Shown: piece after piece, positions 8,843 through 18,663 of the stretch
Layout of the letters: every line of letters starts with the position of its first letter
How positions within the stretch are numbered: the stretch's first letter is position 1
From: a virus
Lineage: Duplodnaviria > Heunggongvirae > Uroviricota > Caudoviricetes
Length of the DNA: 46,563 nucleotides
Reading direction: 5' to 3' (one strand)
Virus record (IMG/VR): IMGVR_UViG_2721755658_000005
Location: 1 to 46,563 of that record
Position numbers and translations under genes: made by a program
The notes under the pieces: model-generated
What the model was told of the DNA's origin: nothing
Databases searched by the model: none
What the model saw: the letters and a program-made list of their open reading frames with translations, nothing else

Positions 8843-8868
8843 AGGCCCTTTTCTAGGGCCTTTTATTA
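8843..8868 (+). terminator. intrinsic terminator
   Basis: AGGCCC-TTTTCTA-GGGCCT followed by TTTATT. Confidence 0.55.
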
Positions 8869-8971
8869 CACTTCTGTTACGCGCACCACAGATAGAGTTT
8901 CAGCTAAAACTTTTGTTCATACCTAGGAGTCTGCTGACGAGTGGTTTGTTCACTAATAAACACGTAAAAAC

Positions 8972-9061
8972 GGTAACGGCTGGACATCATTCAATATTCG
9001 CACTATTGGAAGTTCACCAGCCAGCCACAGCACGTTCTTGCATACAACGTGCCTGCGGTTT
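8972..9061 (+). repeat. copy B of the ~90-nt structured repeat (hairpin followed by TTTTT)
   Basis: See copy A. This copy ends CCTGCGGTTTTT. Confidence 0.8.
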
Positions 9062-9153
9062 TTGAGACCGGTCCGATCATCAAACGAAACATAAAATTAG
9101 CTCACACTATGAGGAAAAGTATCTTTTTTTACTATGTAAATTCAAAGAATTAG

Positions 9154-10023
<870 letters not shown>

Positions 10024-10043
10024 GTCTTTAAGTGATAAGCATA

Positions 10044-10083
10044 AACCGCAGCACGATCTTCTTCCATACGACGTGCTACGGTT
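10044..10083. terminator. partial copy C of the repeat hairpin; bidirectional terminator between the GIY-YIG gene and the invertase gene
   Basis: AACCGCAGCACG-N16-CGTGCTACGGTT forms a 12-bp stem with one mismatch. It is flanked by T-runs on both strands and abuts the invertase stop at 10084. Confidence 0.6.
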
Positions 10084-10638
10084 TCATTTATCTCCGACCG
10101 GAAACTTCTTATACAGTGTCGATATACCAACATCATAGATGATCGCCACCTTCTGGCGAGGGACGCCTGATGCAATTAATCGCCCGGCCTGCGCCCATTG
10201 TTCTGGTGTAAGTTTGGGACGACGTCCACCAATTCGTCCCTGTGCGCGAGCAGCGTCCAGTCCAGCTTTTGTTCGTTCAACAATCAGTTCTCGTTCCATT
10301 TCAGCCAGGGCACCCATCATATGAAAGAAAAAACGCCCCATCGGTGTGCTGGTATCAATAGCATCCGTCAGGCTGCGAAAATTAACGCCACGTTCGCGCA
10401 ACTCCTCAACCAGAATGACCAGATGCCGCATACTACGCCCCAGCCGATCCAGCTTCCAGACAACCAGAGTGTCACCTGCCGATAATGTCCTGAGCAGTTT
10501 TTTCAGTCCCGGCCTTTCGGACTTTGTACCGCTTATCTTGTCTTCAAAAATCAGCTCGCATCCTGCACAGTTCAGCGCATTACGTTGTAGATCTGTGTTC
10601 TGGTCATTTGTTGACACACGTACATAGCCAATAAGCAT
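10084..10638 (-). CDS. serine DNA invertase, Pin/Gin/Cin/Hin family
   Basis: The sequence runs MLIGYVRVSTNDQNTDLQRNAL...VVWKLDRLGRSMRHL...GRIGGRRPKL with a C-terminal HTH. The ATG at 10638 has a GGGAGA Shine-Dalgarno. Confidence 0.9.
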   Translation of the reverse strand: MLIGYVRVSTNDQNTDLQRNALNCAGCELIFEDKISGTKSERPGLKKLLRTLSAGDTLVVWKLDRLGRSMRHLVILVEELRERGVNFRSLTDAIDTSTPMGRFFFHMMGALAEMERELIVERTKAGLDAARAQGRIGGRRPKLTPEQWAQAGRLIASGVPRQKVAIIYDVGISTLYKKFPVGDK

Positions 10639-10664
10639 GGTAGATCTCCCTGACAAAAGCAGGA

Positions 10665-11159
10665 ATGATGCCATTTGCTCGTTATTTCTGCATTTTCATA
10701 AACGTTGGTTTGGGAGAATCGGCAAAACGGAATGTGGGCAACGGGGAAAACCAAATCCCTGATATGTCTTTCTGGACGGTTACTGGTGGCAATGGAAATT
10801 TTGTGATTCGTCAACCTGACGGGCTAATCATTCAGATGGTTACTGTAAGTATAAGCGGCCCGGTGGCGATGAATGGAATGACTGATAATGCTTATGCCAT
10901 TACAGGTTCTAATAAGTCTTATATTGCCACAGCCACATTGCCCTTTGTATTTCCTAATAAGGTGCTGGGCGTTATCCCTCTGGTATCAACAACAGCTTAT
11001 GGTGGTGTATCCAGTAATATTACAGGTTCATACGCGACTGCGGTTTGTTCTTTTGCCGCTGTCAGGGGGAATAATACGATTGTGTTCAAAGTCGACAAAC
11101 CACTGAATGCAGCCTTTCCTTCAGATACCAGCGTCTCAGCGTTAATCATTGGACGGTAA
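10665..11159 (+). CDS. alternative (currently unexpressed) tail-fibre C-terminal segment
   Basis: It shares ..N(V/L)GLGE.. in frame at the crossover site with the active fibre gene, so inversion would fuse it to the constant N-terminal part. No independent start is expected. Confidence 0.65.
   Translation: MMPFARYFCIFINVGLGESAKRNVGNGENQIPDMSFWTVTGGNGNFVIRQPDGLIIQMVTVSISGPVAMNGMTDNAYAITGSNKSYIATATLPFVFPNKVLGVIPLVSTTAYGGVSSNITGSYATAVCSFAAVRGNNTIVFKVDKPLNAAFPSDTSVSALIIGR
10693..10718. other. invertase crossover site (gix/hix-like), left
   Basis: TTTTCATAAACGTTGGTTTGGGAGAA. The 16-nt core TTGGTTTGGGAGAA plus AAAC is shared with the reverse complement of 12677-12702. Confidence 0.7.
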
Positions 11160-11161
11160 GA

Positions 11162-11605
11162 ATGAACTCAGTATTCTTTTCACCCGGAAGTAAAAGTTTT
11201 TATCTGCAAGAATTGTTTCCAGAATATGAGGATGCGGGAACGCTTCCTGATGATGTTATTGAAATTACCAGAGAAACATATGAGCAATTTCTTGGGCTGC
11301 ATCCAGAAGGGAAAGAAATTGGCGCTGACAGTTCAGGACGGCCAGTATGGATTAATTCCCCACCCCCTTCAAAAGAGGATGAGGTGTTGACGGCTGAAAT
11401 GAAAAAAATATCTTTGGTTTCTGAAGTCAATACCTACATCAATACTCATCAGTGGCCTGGCAAAGCGGCGATTGGTCGTCTGAAAAGTGAGGAACTGGCG
11501 CAATATAATTTGTGGCTGGATTATCTGGACGCACTGGAACTGGTTGATACCTCCAGTGCTCCAGATATTGAATGGCCTACGCCTCCGGCAGTTCAGGCCA
11601 GATGA
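11162..11605 (+). CDS. tail-fibre assembly chaperone (Tfa family), alternative copy
   Basis: 147 aa. The C-terminal ...LWLDYLDALELVDTSSAPDIEWPTPP is the typical Tfa/gpU tail. Confidence 0.8.
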   Translation: MNSVFFSPGSKSFYLQELFPEYEDAGTLPDDVIEITRETYEQFLGLHPEGKEIGADSSGRPVWINSPPPSKEDEVLTAEMKKISLVSEVNTYINTHQWPGKAAIGRLKSEELAQYNLWLDYLDALELVDTSSAPDIEWPTPPAVQAR

Positions 11606-12179
11606 CATCCGGCGCGGTGCTGGTATCTGTTGCCGTCACCGTGTCAATGTAATCCAGCACAGCGTTAAGGCGAGTGATTTCTGCTTGCGTCAGCTGCCGC
11701 CCGGCCTGCAATTTCAGCTGAATCAGACTGATGGAAGCCATAGCAGCATCAATCAGCGACTGGCGCTGTGCTTCTGCCACGTCTACTGCGGCGCTATGCT
11801 GTGCCTCAGTATCGGTCACCCATTTCTCACCATCCCATTTATCGAATGGCGTTAACGGGGCGATAGTAGTTGTATTTTCAGAGTAATCACCCGGAGCTGT
11901 GATTTCTTTTGATTCTCCTGTTTCAGTGCTATATACCGTTTCACCGCGATGGTCTGGCACATATTCCCATGAGTTAAAATCTGCAGAACGGCAGATTGCA
12001 TAACCAGCTTTATGTGTGCCGGGCGCATCGGTACAGGAATTGGCAGGAATACCCACCCCCACAGGCAGATACTCAACCGATGAGGATATGTATTCGCGGG
12101 TGTCGCCCCGGTAGTTGTACACAGTGATTTCACCTGCCACGGTGGCAATAAACGCACTGTTTAATTTTGCTTTCGCCAT
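11577..12179 (-). CDS. tail-fibre assembly chaperone (Tfa family), active orientation
   Basis: 200 aa. The C-terminal ...LNAVLDYIDTVTATDTSTAPDVIWPELPEA fits the family. The gene is start/stop-coupled to the fibre gene. Confidence 0.85.
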   Translation of the reverse strand: MAKAKLNSAFIATVAGEITVYNYRGDTREYISSSVEYLPVGVGIPANSCTDAPGTHKAGYAICRSADFNSWEYVPDHRGETVYSTETGESKEITAPGDYSENTTTIAPLTPFDKWDGEKWVTDTEAQHSAAVDVAEAQRQSLIDAAMASISLIQLKLQAGRQLTQAEITRLNAVLDYIDTVTATDTSTAPDVIWPELPEA

Positions 12180-12979
12180 TATGCAGCCCTCACGATATAC
12201 GCAAATGCTAGGTTCCGTGGTCTGGTTTCTTTAATTAAAGAGGAGGCATCAGGTGAACTCACTGATTCAGCACCATTTCTTCCACCAGAGGTATAAGTAA
12301 AAACTCTTTCACTGTTAGACCAGTAATCCACACCAACTGTTTTTGCTGATGAAAAAATGGTTTCATCAGATATAACCTGTTCTATTCCATACGGGATATT
12401 AGTAACTGACCCCACTTTTGTAGGTATTCCATGATTATGAGAAATTACTGCATGCTCTTGATTCGTTAATAAAGTACGACCGCTATCCACTCCACGCCCG
12501 TCATCCCAGCCACGAATAAACTCACCACGTAAATCAGGTAATTTATTTGTCGGATAAGCCTTTGCCAGTTCCGGGTATTCTTCAGCAGAAAAAGCGGCAC
12601 CGTTGCATTTCAGCCAGCCTGTCGGCGGTGTGGCTGAAGGCCACGGAACAGGTACGCCAACGGGTAATGCTGAGCCTTCTCCCAAACCAAGGTTTTCAAG
12701 AGCCGTTTTCACCGTGCCATCCGATTTGATATCGCCAAACGGATTATTGCGGCTTAACAGCAGCGCACGAAGCGCGGTAAGCAGCTGGTCGTGCCGAGTC
12801 TTCTCAAGACTGGCACCGGATGCCTCCACCACGCTGCAAAGCTCCTCCTGCAACATGTCAAAGTAGTCATCATCCAGATCGGTGGCAGGTGTGCCGGTCT
12901 GGGGGTTACCACGGGTAAAACCGTTCTTACCCGCGCCGAACTTATCCTTCTGCGCGGTTTTAGTGTCTATGCGATGCAT
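12179..12979 (-). CDS. tail fibre protein (constant N-terminus + currently joined variable C-terminus)
   Basis: [47 protein letters not shown] is the conserved fibre N-terminus of Mu/e14-type fibres. Confidence 0.85.
   Translation of the reverse strand: MHRIDTKTAQKDKFGAGKNGFTRGNPQTGTPATDLDDDYFDMLQEELCSVVEASGASLEKTRHDQLLTALRALLLSRNNPFGDIKSDGTVKTALENLGLGEGSALPVGVPVPWPSATPPTGWLKCNGAAFSAEEYPELAKAYPTNKLPDLRGEFIRGWDDGRGVDSGRTLLTNQEHAVISHNHGIPTKVGSVTNIPYGIEQVISDETIFSSAKTVGVDYWSNSERVFTYTSGGRNGAESVSSPDASSLIKETRPRNLAFAYIVRAA
12677..12702. other. invertase crossover site (gix/hix-like), right, inside the tail-fibre gene
   Basis: TTCTCCCAAACCAAGGTTTTCAAGAG resembles hix/gix (..AAACCAAGGTTTT..). It encodes ENLGLGE in the active gene. 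Confidence 0.7.
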
Positions 12980-12982
12980 GGA

Positions 12983-13567
12983 TTACTCCGGATATTTAAA
13001 AATTACGTAGGTATGCGACGGGCAGAGTTTGTTAAGCACACACTCGACAACGGTGTCGCCCCATATACGCAGCGCGGAATCACAGGGATCGCCACATGTC
13101 ATCCAGGTGGTGTTGGTGGTGGCTGGCATGTTGACCTGCCAGTAATACCGCCATTCAGGCGCATTCACCGCGTCAGTACAGGCCGATGAGCAGGTGAACG
13201 TGCTTTTGTCGTATCGCGTGATGGTGGCATCTGGTCTGCCCAGGGCAGCAAGCTGTGCAAGATAAAAATCCTCGTTGATGCCGCCCGCCAGGTTAACCTT
13301 CGCATCCAGCCGTTGCTGACGCTGGCGAAGGGTCTGCGTTCCCGCCGGAATACATTCATCCGGCAGACCGCACAGACGCTCCCAGCGGTTTATCAGTTCG
13401 GTGGTGGTGCGCGGATCCAGCTCCCGCATCAGGGCATCCGCACGCTGATGAACACGGGTTAATGACGGTGCCGCACCGGCAATCGCCGGCTCGCTGGCTG
13501 ACCACGCCGGACCGGGCGGCAACAGTGCCGATAACAGGCGGATGTAATCATCGTTTGTCACGTCCAT
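12983..13567 (-). CDS. Mu gp48-like tail/baseplate protein (DUF2313, YmfQ-like)
   Basis: [15 protein letters not shown]...[12 protein letters not shown] is the family signature. Confidence 0.8.
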   Translation of the reverse strand: MDVTNDDYIRLLSALLPPGPAWSASEPAIAGAAPSLTRVHQRADALMRELDPRTTTELINRWERLCGLPDECIPAGTQTLRQRQQRLDAKVNLAGGINEDFYLAQLAALGRPDATITRYDKSTFTCSSACTDAVNAPEWRYYWQVNMPATTNTTWMTCGDPCDSALRIWGDTVVECVLNKLCPSHTYVIFKYPE

Positions 13568-14616
13568 GAAATCGTCCCCAGAACCGCCAGTTCATTTTTT
13601 GCAATGGAGATATTGTCCGCCGGTGCAAGCAACTGATGGCTGTATTCCCCGTTCGCACCGGAAATCGCTTCACTGATACGCGACACCTTCAGTTCTCCCT
13701 GCGGATAACCATCACGCAGCAGGAACGAACGCAACTCCGCAGTAATGGCGGCTCGTATTTCTGGTGTGTCCGGCGTCACGCGGATATGAAAATCCACCGT
13801 ATGTGCCACCGGCCTGAATACATACAAATCAGAGCCTGCCACCGGGGCCAGTGGCCCGATATGTTGTCTTGCTGCCGTTTCCGTTGATTCTTCCGGAATG
13901 GGATTAATCAGGTCACTGCTGGCAATCATCACACCGACAGTTCCCGTTCCCATCCAGTGACGGTATGTCCATGCGCGGGTAATGCCGGGCACTTCTTTAG
14001 CCCAGACGACATAGTCCCCGTCAGCCCCGCCCTGAGGTGTCCAGTAATACCGCTCAATGACGCGGGCGCGCCACGTTTCCAGCTCTTCAGTATCAAATCC
14101 ACCTGTCAGGGTATCTGCCACGCCGGAAGACGGCAGACCATTCACCGGCGTGACCAGGATTAATGACGTACCGTCGTCAGCGTTACCGACCGCGCCTGCA
14201 CTTGAGCAGGCGATCGGCACGCGCAGGACACCACCGGAGCTGGTTGCATCGGCAGTTGCCGTGTACTGAACCAGGTCATCGCGCTGAATAACACTCCCGG
14301 CAGTCACCTTCAGGCCATCACTGACACCTTCCCAGCGCATATACCCGCTGGCAGCCGTGGCCCCCTTGCGCGGACACCGTTTCATCGCAGCATGTCGCGC
14401 CAGCCAGGACTCATCGCACAGGTCAGGCAGCATGTTCATTGCCAGATAATCGATGTACCCGTAAACCGTATGCAGCGCCGCCGCATACACCTTTGCCCGC
14501 ACGTCTTCATCCATGCGCCGGAGCGTGTCGCTGACGTCCAGCCTGGCGAATAAATCGTTACGGAGCATACTGATATTTTCTGCCAGCGTCGGGCGCTGAA
14601 ATTCACTGTCCGCCAT
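13558..14616 (-). CDS. baseplate J-like protein (Mu gp47-like)
   Basis: 352 aa. Assigned by position and overall sequence character of the baseplate J family. Confidence 0.8.
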   Translation of the reverse strand: MADSEFQRPTLAENISMLRNDLFARLDVSDTLRRMDEDVRAKVYAAALHTVYGYIDYLAMNMLPDLCDESWLARHAAMKRCPRKGATAASGYMRWEGVSDGLKVTAGSVIQRDDLVQYTATADATSSGGVLRVPIACSSAGAVGNADDGTSLILVTPVNGLPSSGVADTLTGGFDTEELETWRARVIERYYWTPQGGADGDYVVWAKEVPGITRAWTYRHWMGTGTVGVMIASSDLINPIPEESTETAARQHIGPLAPVAGSDLYVFRPVAHTVDFHIRVTPDTPEIRAAITAELRSFLLRDGYPQGELKVSRISEAISGANGEYSHQLLAPADNISIAKNELAVLGTISWT

Positions 14617-15031
14617 GCGTTATCGCACTCCACAGATCATCAAAAGAAATCATTACCGGTCCGTCACGACGCCAGAGGGTGATACTGTTACCAAGTTCAT
14701 TAATCCCGGTGCGGCGGATATCCAGATCAATACGGGACACCACGCCGTCATCAATCATCCATTGCAGGCATTCACGGATATACCCCTTTACCGTCTGCAC
14801 CAGCTGATTGGTCAGTTTGCTGCGCTGAAGCAGCCACAGTCGGGAGCCGTAACGGTCATTCTGTACCGCAGGCCAGGTATCCCCCCACCATCCCATCGGG
14901 ACGTCGGCGTTGTCATCAGGCTCCGCCCGCCGCCAGGTAAACAGGGAAATCACCACGGCGCGGGTCAGCGGATCCAGCGGTGCGCTGGCGCAGGTGCGTT
15001 TACCGTTCACCGTCAGCCACAGTTCCATCAT
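14603..15031 (-). CDS. Mu gp46-like baseplate protein
   Basis: 142 aa, in Mu-like synteny between the gp45 and gp47 equivalents. Confidence 0.7.
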   Translation of the reverse strand: MMELWLTVNGKRTCASAPLDPLTRAVVISLFTWRRAEPDDNADVPMGWWGDTWPAVQNDRYGSRLWLLQRSKLTNQLVQTVKGYIRECLQWMIDDGVVSRIDLDIRRTGINELGNSITLWRRDGPVMISFDDLWSAITHGGQ

Positions 15032-15576
15032 GCCTCCATCGCTTTATCAGGTTTGTCGGTGTTACTGCCCTGACCGTTCTCTCTGTGACAATGACCGTTA
15101 TAGGCAAGCCGCATCGCTGACATGGTGGTGCCGCCGGAGTCGCACAGGTCTTTCACCTGTCCGGTCACTTCAAGGTCCATTTCAAAACGTGCTTCAGGTG
15201 CATTGCGAAACGTGATCGTTTTACCTGCACCGTCCACCACGATCCCCTCCCGGGTCAGCGTCACGGACTGCCCCTGATCGTCATAGACAGCCACCTCACC
15301 CGTCTGCAGCCCTTTCAGGCGGTAGCGCCGGTCCGACACCGTAACAACCACCGCATGAGAACGGTCGCCATCCGGAAACAACACCACCGCTTCCGCACCG
15401 CTGTTTGCCCTTGCGGTAAAACCGTAGGGTTCAAGATGTTCAACCCCGGCTTTGGGTTCACCGGCAATCAGGGACACATCCACGGTCTGACATTTCGTGG
15501 CGGCACTGATGCTTTTCACCACGGCCCGCCCAATCAGGCCGAGGAGTTGTCGCTGCATGGCTTCAATCGTCCTCAT
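15028..15576 (-). CDS. baseplate assembly protein V / spike (Mu gp45-like)
   Basis: 182 aa. LEPYGFTARANSGAEAVVLFPDGDRSHAVVV is typical of gpV. Confidence 0.8.
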   Translation of the reverse strand: MRTIEAMQRQLLGLIGRAVVKSISAATKCQTVDVSLIAGEPKAGVEHLEPYGFTARANSGAEAVVLFPDGDRSHAVVVTVSDRRYRLKGLQTGEVAVYDDQGQSVTLTREGIVVDGAGKTITFRNAPEARFEMDLEVTGQVKDLCDSGGTTMSAMRLAYNGHCHRENGQGSNTDKPDKAMEA

Positions 15577-16655
15577 CAGAACGGGTCCTCCTGTACTCTG
15601 GCTTTTTTCTTTTTCCGCGCGCCGGGGGCTTCTGGTTCAGGCAGATAAGCATCAGGTGGGCCGACACGGATTTCCGTCAGGGTGCCGTTCTGGTCCTGAG
15701 TAAACGTGACTTCCGAGACAAGCAGTTCGGTATTGTCGAAACCACAGACCGGATCGAAGACAATCACCCGCTGGTTGGGCTGCCACAGCGTACCGTTACC
15801 CTGTCGCCAGCCCTGCACCACATAGGTGGTTTCATCCGTCCGCGCCGCCCGTTGTCGGGCTTCAAAGTCAGCACGCGCAATACAGCCTGCCCCCGTGGCC
15901 TGCCCTGTCTGCCTGATATACATCGGACGGTAACGGGCAATAAATGCGTCCTCTGTGCGGGCCCGCAGCGCGGTGGTGGTGGCCTCACCGAAATCATCGT
16001 CGTTTCCGGCACGCTGCCCCGCCACCTGGTAAACTGAAAACCGCTCCCGGATACTCTTCTCCGTATCACAGGAAAGGATGTTTTCCCCAAGTACCAGCGC
16101 GGTATGTGCCCGCGTTGAGCCAATACCGCCAATCACCAGCCTGCCGTGCGGGTCGTCATAAGCCAGCGCCTGCTGCTGACCGAGTATTTTGTTGATCACC
16201 TCGATCACCGTTTCACCGTGATCAGGCTGGACATCAGGAATAACACCCGACGGCGCATCGCTGTTCACCACCTCAATGCCGAAAGGCGCAGCAAGCGCCT
16301 GCGCAATCTGTACCAGCGATCGTCCGTTAAACTGTGTCGGTTCGGCTGCACAGTCAATCAGGTCAGCAGTCAGACTACGTCCGGCAATACCGGTGCTGAC
16401 CGAACGGGCATCGTAACGAACGGGGGTCGCCTCCACCCAGCCGGTGATCACCAGCTCATCACCAATTAGCACTTCCACTTTTGAACCATTTTTAATGCGC
16501 GGCTGAAGCGTGGTGATACCCTCATCTCCCGGCCACTGGCGGGTGATCTCCACGTTGAAATCCCGCGCCAGCCGTTCAATACCGGCACCGATGCGCACCG
16601 ATGTCCAGCCATTCCACTCCCGGCCATTTACCCGTAGCGTGACGTTATCGTTCAT
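15576..16655 (-). CDS. baseplate hub protein (Mu gp44/P-like)
   Basis: 359 aa. The N-terminus is VTLRVNGREWNGWTSVRI. The gene is in Mu-like synteny. Confidence 0.75.
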   Translation of the reverse strand: MNDNVTLRVNGREWNGWTSVRIGAGIERLARDFNVEITRQWPGDEGITTLQPRIKNGSKVEVLIGDELVITGWVEATPVRYDARSVSTGIAGRSLTADLIDCAAEPTQFNGRSLVQIAQALAAPFGIEVVNSDAPSGVIPDVQPDHGETVIEVINKILGQQQALAYDDPHGRLVIGGIGSTRAHTALVLGENILSCDTEKSIRERFSVYQVAGQRAGNDDDFGEATTTALRARTEDAFIARYRPMYIRQTGQATGAGCIARADFEARQRAARTDETTYVVQGWRQGNGTLWQPNQRVIVFDPVCGFDNTELLVSEVTFTQDQNGTLTEIRVGPPDAYLPEPEAPGARKKKKARVQEDPF

Positions 16656-17986
16656 TGCACTGGCACCTTCAGAGGGATCACCGGCACAAAGCCGGGATGC
16701 GTAATGGCATTACGCCGGATAATGTCCGCGTCACGCGCCGCGTTATCAAACCAGGTCGCCGCCAGCACCAGCGCGGGTAAAACCTCATCCGGTGTGCGAT
16801 GAATGATCCGTGCAGACTGTTCAAGGCGCGTGTTGATATCCGCATTCAGATCTGCTTTCACCCGGCGCAGCGCCAGAAACAGCGCATCACTGGTTGTACG
16901 GGACAACTCCTTATCAATTGCCGTATTCAGTGTGTCGCGAATGTCGGTCAGTTCTTCCCACGTTGGCAGGTCAACCGTGTTTTTCACCGCAGGTGCATTG
17001 TTCAGTGCCGGATGCGTGACGGAAGGCCAGCCAGTGCTCTGCGCGGGTGTTGTTGACTGCCCCACTGTGGCATTCTGCATCACCGCGGAAGTTGTGGGCG
17101 CAGGCAATCGTGTGACGGCATACGCCGCTTCGCTGATTGCGGTCGTACGAAGGGTGCTGGCAACCACGTTACGCTGCTGCGTAGCCGTGGCGGTGGTTTT
17201 ACTGTCCGTTTTCCAGATGCCGCGGGGTTGCAGATTACTGCCGAGACTGACCCCGGAAAACGTTTTGATCATGGTGACCAGGTCGCTGGCGTTACCATAA
17301 AGGCGTTTCCCGGTACGCCACATTTTCTGCACCTGCTCAACGAAATTTTTGCCTGACGATGGCGGCGACAGAAGTACCGAGATATCCCCCTGCAATAGCC
17401 TGGCGGCATCCGATACGGCAGAATCCACCACTTTCATCGCATCAGAAACATACCCAAGCATTGTGCTGGCATTACCGACGACGTCGTTCTGCACAAAATC
17501 TGCCACGCCATCGATACTGAAACTACTGAAACTGTCACTGATGCAGTCATCCAGTGCAGAACAGGATGACATCAGCGTCTGCGCCGTCGCCGCACCTGAT
17601 GTGGGGTAAGAGAGTTCTCCCGCTTCGACAAACTTCAGGTCAAAGCGGACAATACGCCCTTCACTCTTCGATGTGCTGACCCGAACCTCTCCGTCAACAC
17701 AGACTTTCAGCTCACCGTAAGTCGGATGGACAAGCGTGCCGGGACCGGGTTTATTCAGCGCGTCAATCAGGCGATCGCGCTGGTCAAAGCAGTCATCTCC
17801 CACCACATAAGCCGTGATGGACGGGCGGAAAGTGACTTTTCCCAGATCTTCGGTATAGGGTTTGTCGCGGTTCGGATATTCGTGTGTTTCCACACGACGG
17901 CCGGTTCCCGCACTTTCTTCTTCAACCTTAAACGGCACACCTCGAAATGACGCATCCTGAAGCCTGTCTTTCCACGTCATATACAC
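16652..17986 (-). CDS. DNA circularisation protein N-like (Mu gp43-like)
   Basis: 444 aa. WKDRLQDASFRGVPFKVEEESAGTGRRVETHEYPNRDKPYTEDLG is the family N-terminal domain. Confidence 0.8.
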   Translation of the reverse strand: MYMTWKDRLQDASFRGVPFKVEEESAGTGRRVETHEYPNRDKPYTEDLGKVTFRPSITAYVVGDDCFDQRDRLIDALNKPGPGTLVHPTYGELKVCVDGEVRVSTSKSEGRIVRFDLKFVEAGELSYPTSGAATAQTLMSSCSALDDCISDSFSSFSIDGVADFVQNDVVGNASTMLGYVSDAMKVVDSAVSDAARLLQGDISVLLSPPSSGKNFVEQVQKMWRTGKRLYGNASDLVTMIKTFSGVSLGSNLQPRGIWKTDSKTTATATQQRNVVASTLRTTAISEAAYAVTRLPAPTTSAVMQNATVGQSTTPAQSTGWPSVTHPALNNAPAVKNTVDLPTWEELTDIRDTLNTAIDKELSRTTSDALFLALRRVKADLNADINTRLEQSARIIHRTPDEVLPALVLAATWFDNAARDADIIRRNAITHPGFVPVIPLKVPVQ

Positions 17987-17990
17987 TCCG

Positions 17991-18023
17991 AAAATAAAAA
18001 AGCCACCTATTAGAAGGTGGCCT
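17991..18023 (-). terminator. intrinsic terminator after the tail-operon moron
   Basis: On the minus strand: GGCCACC-TTCTAATA-GGTGGC followed by TTTTTTATTTT. Confidence 0.7.
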
Positions 18024-18041
18024 TGTAATGAATTTTATTAA

Positions 18042-18572
18042 TTAGCGAGTCAGAAACAACGAATCTTTATACTTTTGCTGTTGTTCATTTAAATACTTAG
18101 CTGTTTCATCGCTGGCAAATGGAAATATTACCGTATTTTTAGGCATAGTAATTTCTTTTTTGTCCAGCGTCAGAGTAAACATAGGAACATACTGAGCAGA
18201 GTAACGCACCGCAGAAACGAGCTCTAGTTTAGACTCTTCAATAACACTTAAATTATCCAAGCTAACTTTCTCTTCATCTTTTTTCTTTGACGCATTTAAA
18301 GTTTTTATTACTTTATTTAATTTCTCCTGAAAATCCTCCTTAAAGTTTTCAGGATTGCCGTCGACAACAAGAATCTGTTCACCCTGATTATCTGGAAAAA
18401 TAATCTTTGCACTTATCAATTTATTTTCTTTATAAACATCACCAAGTTTTATGGCTCCTCCAGATAACTGAATAATATGTTCATCTTTAAAGGAGATGTT
18501 GCCAGAGATTATGAGAGATGAAAAAATAGCCGCTGCTCCAAGAATTACACTTGCTGTGATATAGCCTTTCAT
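18042..18572 (-). CDS. AT-rich moron: 176-aa signal-anchored/exported protein of unknown function
   Basis: The N-terminus MKGYITASVILGAAAIFSSLIISG is hydrophobic and the rest is Lys/Glu-rich. The gene has its own AT-rich upstream region and terminator, and its composition contrasts sharply with the flanking tail genes. Confidence 0.7.
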   Translation of the reverse strand: MKGYITASVILGAAAIFSSLIISGNISFKDEHIIQLSGGAIKLGDVYKENKLISAKIIFPDNQGEQILVVDGNPENFKEDFQEKLNKVIKTLNASKKKDEEKVSLDNLSVIEESKLELVSAVRYSAQYVPMFTLTLDKKEITMPKNTVIFPFASDETAKYLNEQQQKYKDSLFLTR

Positions 18573-18663
18573 TTTTCGCCTATTAACATTTTTCTAAATG
18601 TGCATTAATTCTATCACTCTATTTATGACTTACAACCAGCAATACATGTGAGGGGAATCCTGG

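Larger units (their letters stand above)
10693..12702. mobile_element. invertible tail-fibre segment (G/P/C-segment type), ~2 kb
   Basis: It is bounded by inverted 26-bp gix/hix-like sites. It contains two alternative fibre C-termini and two tail-fibre assembly genes in opposite orientations. Confidence 0.8.

Noticed and set aside
10139-10627. Plus-strand ORFs 10139-10324, 10198-10485 and 10346-10627.
   Set aside because: They are antisense shadows of the invertase gene, whose minus-strand frame carries the unmistakable serine-recombinase sequence.
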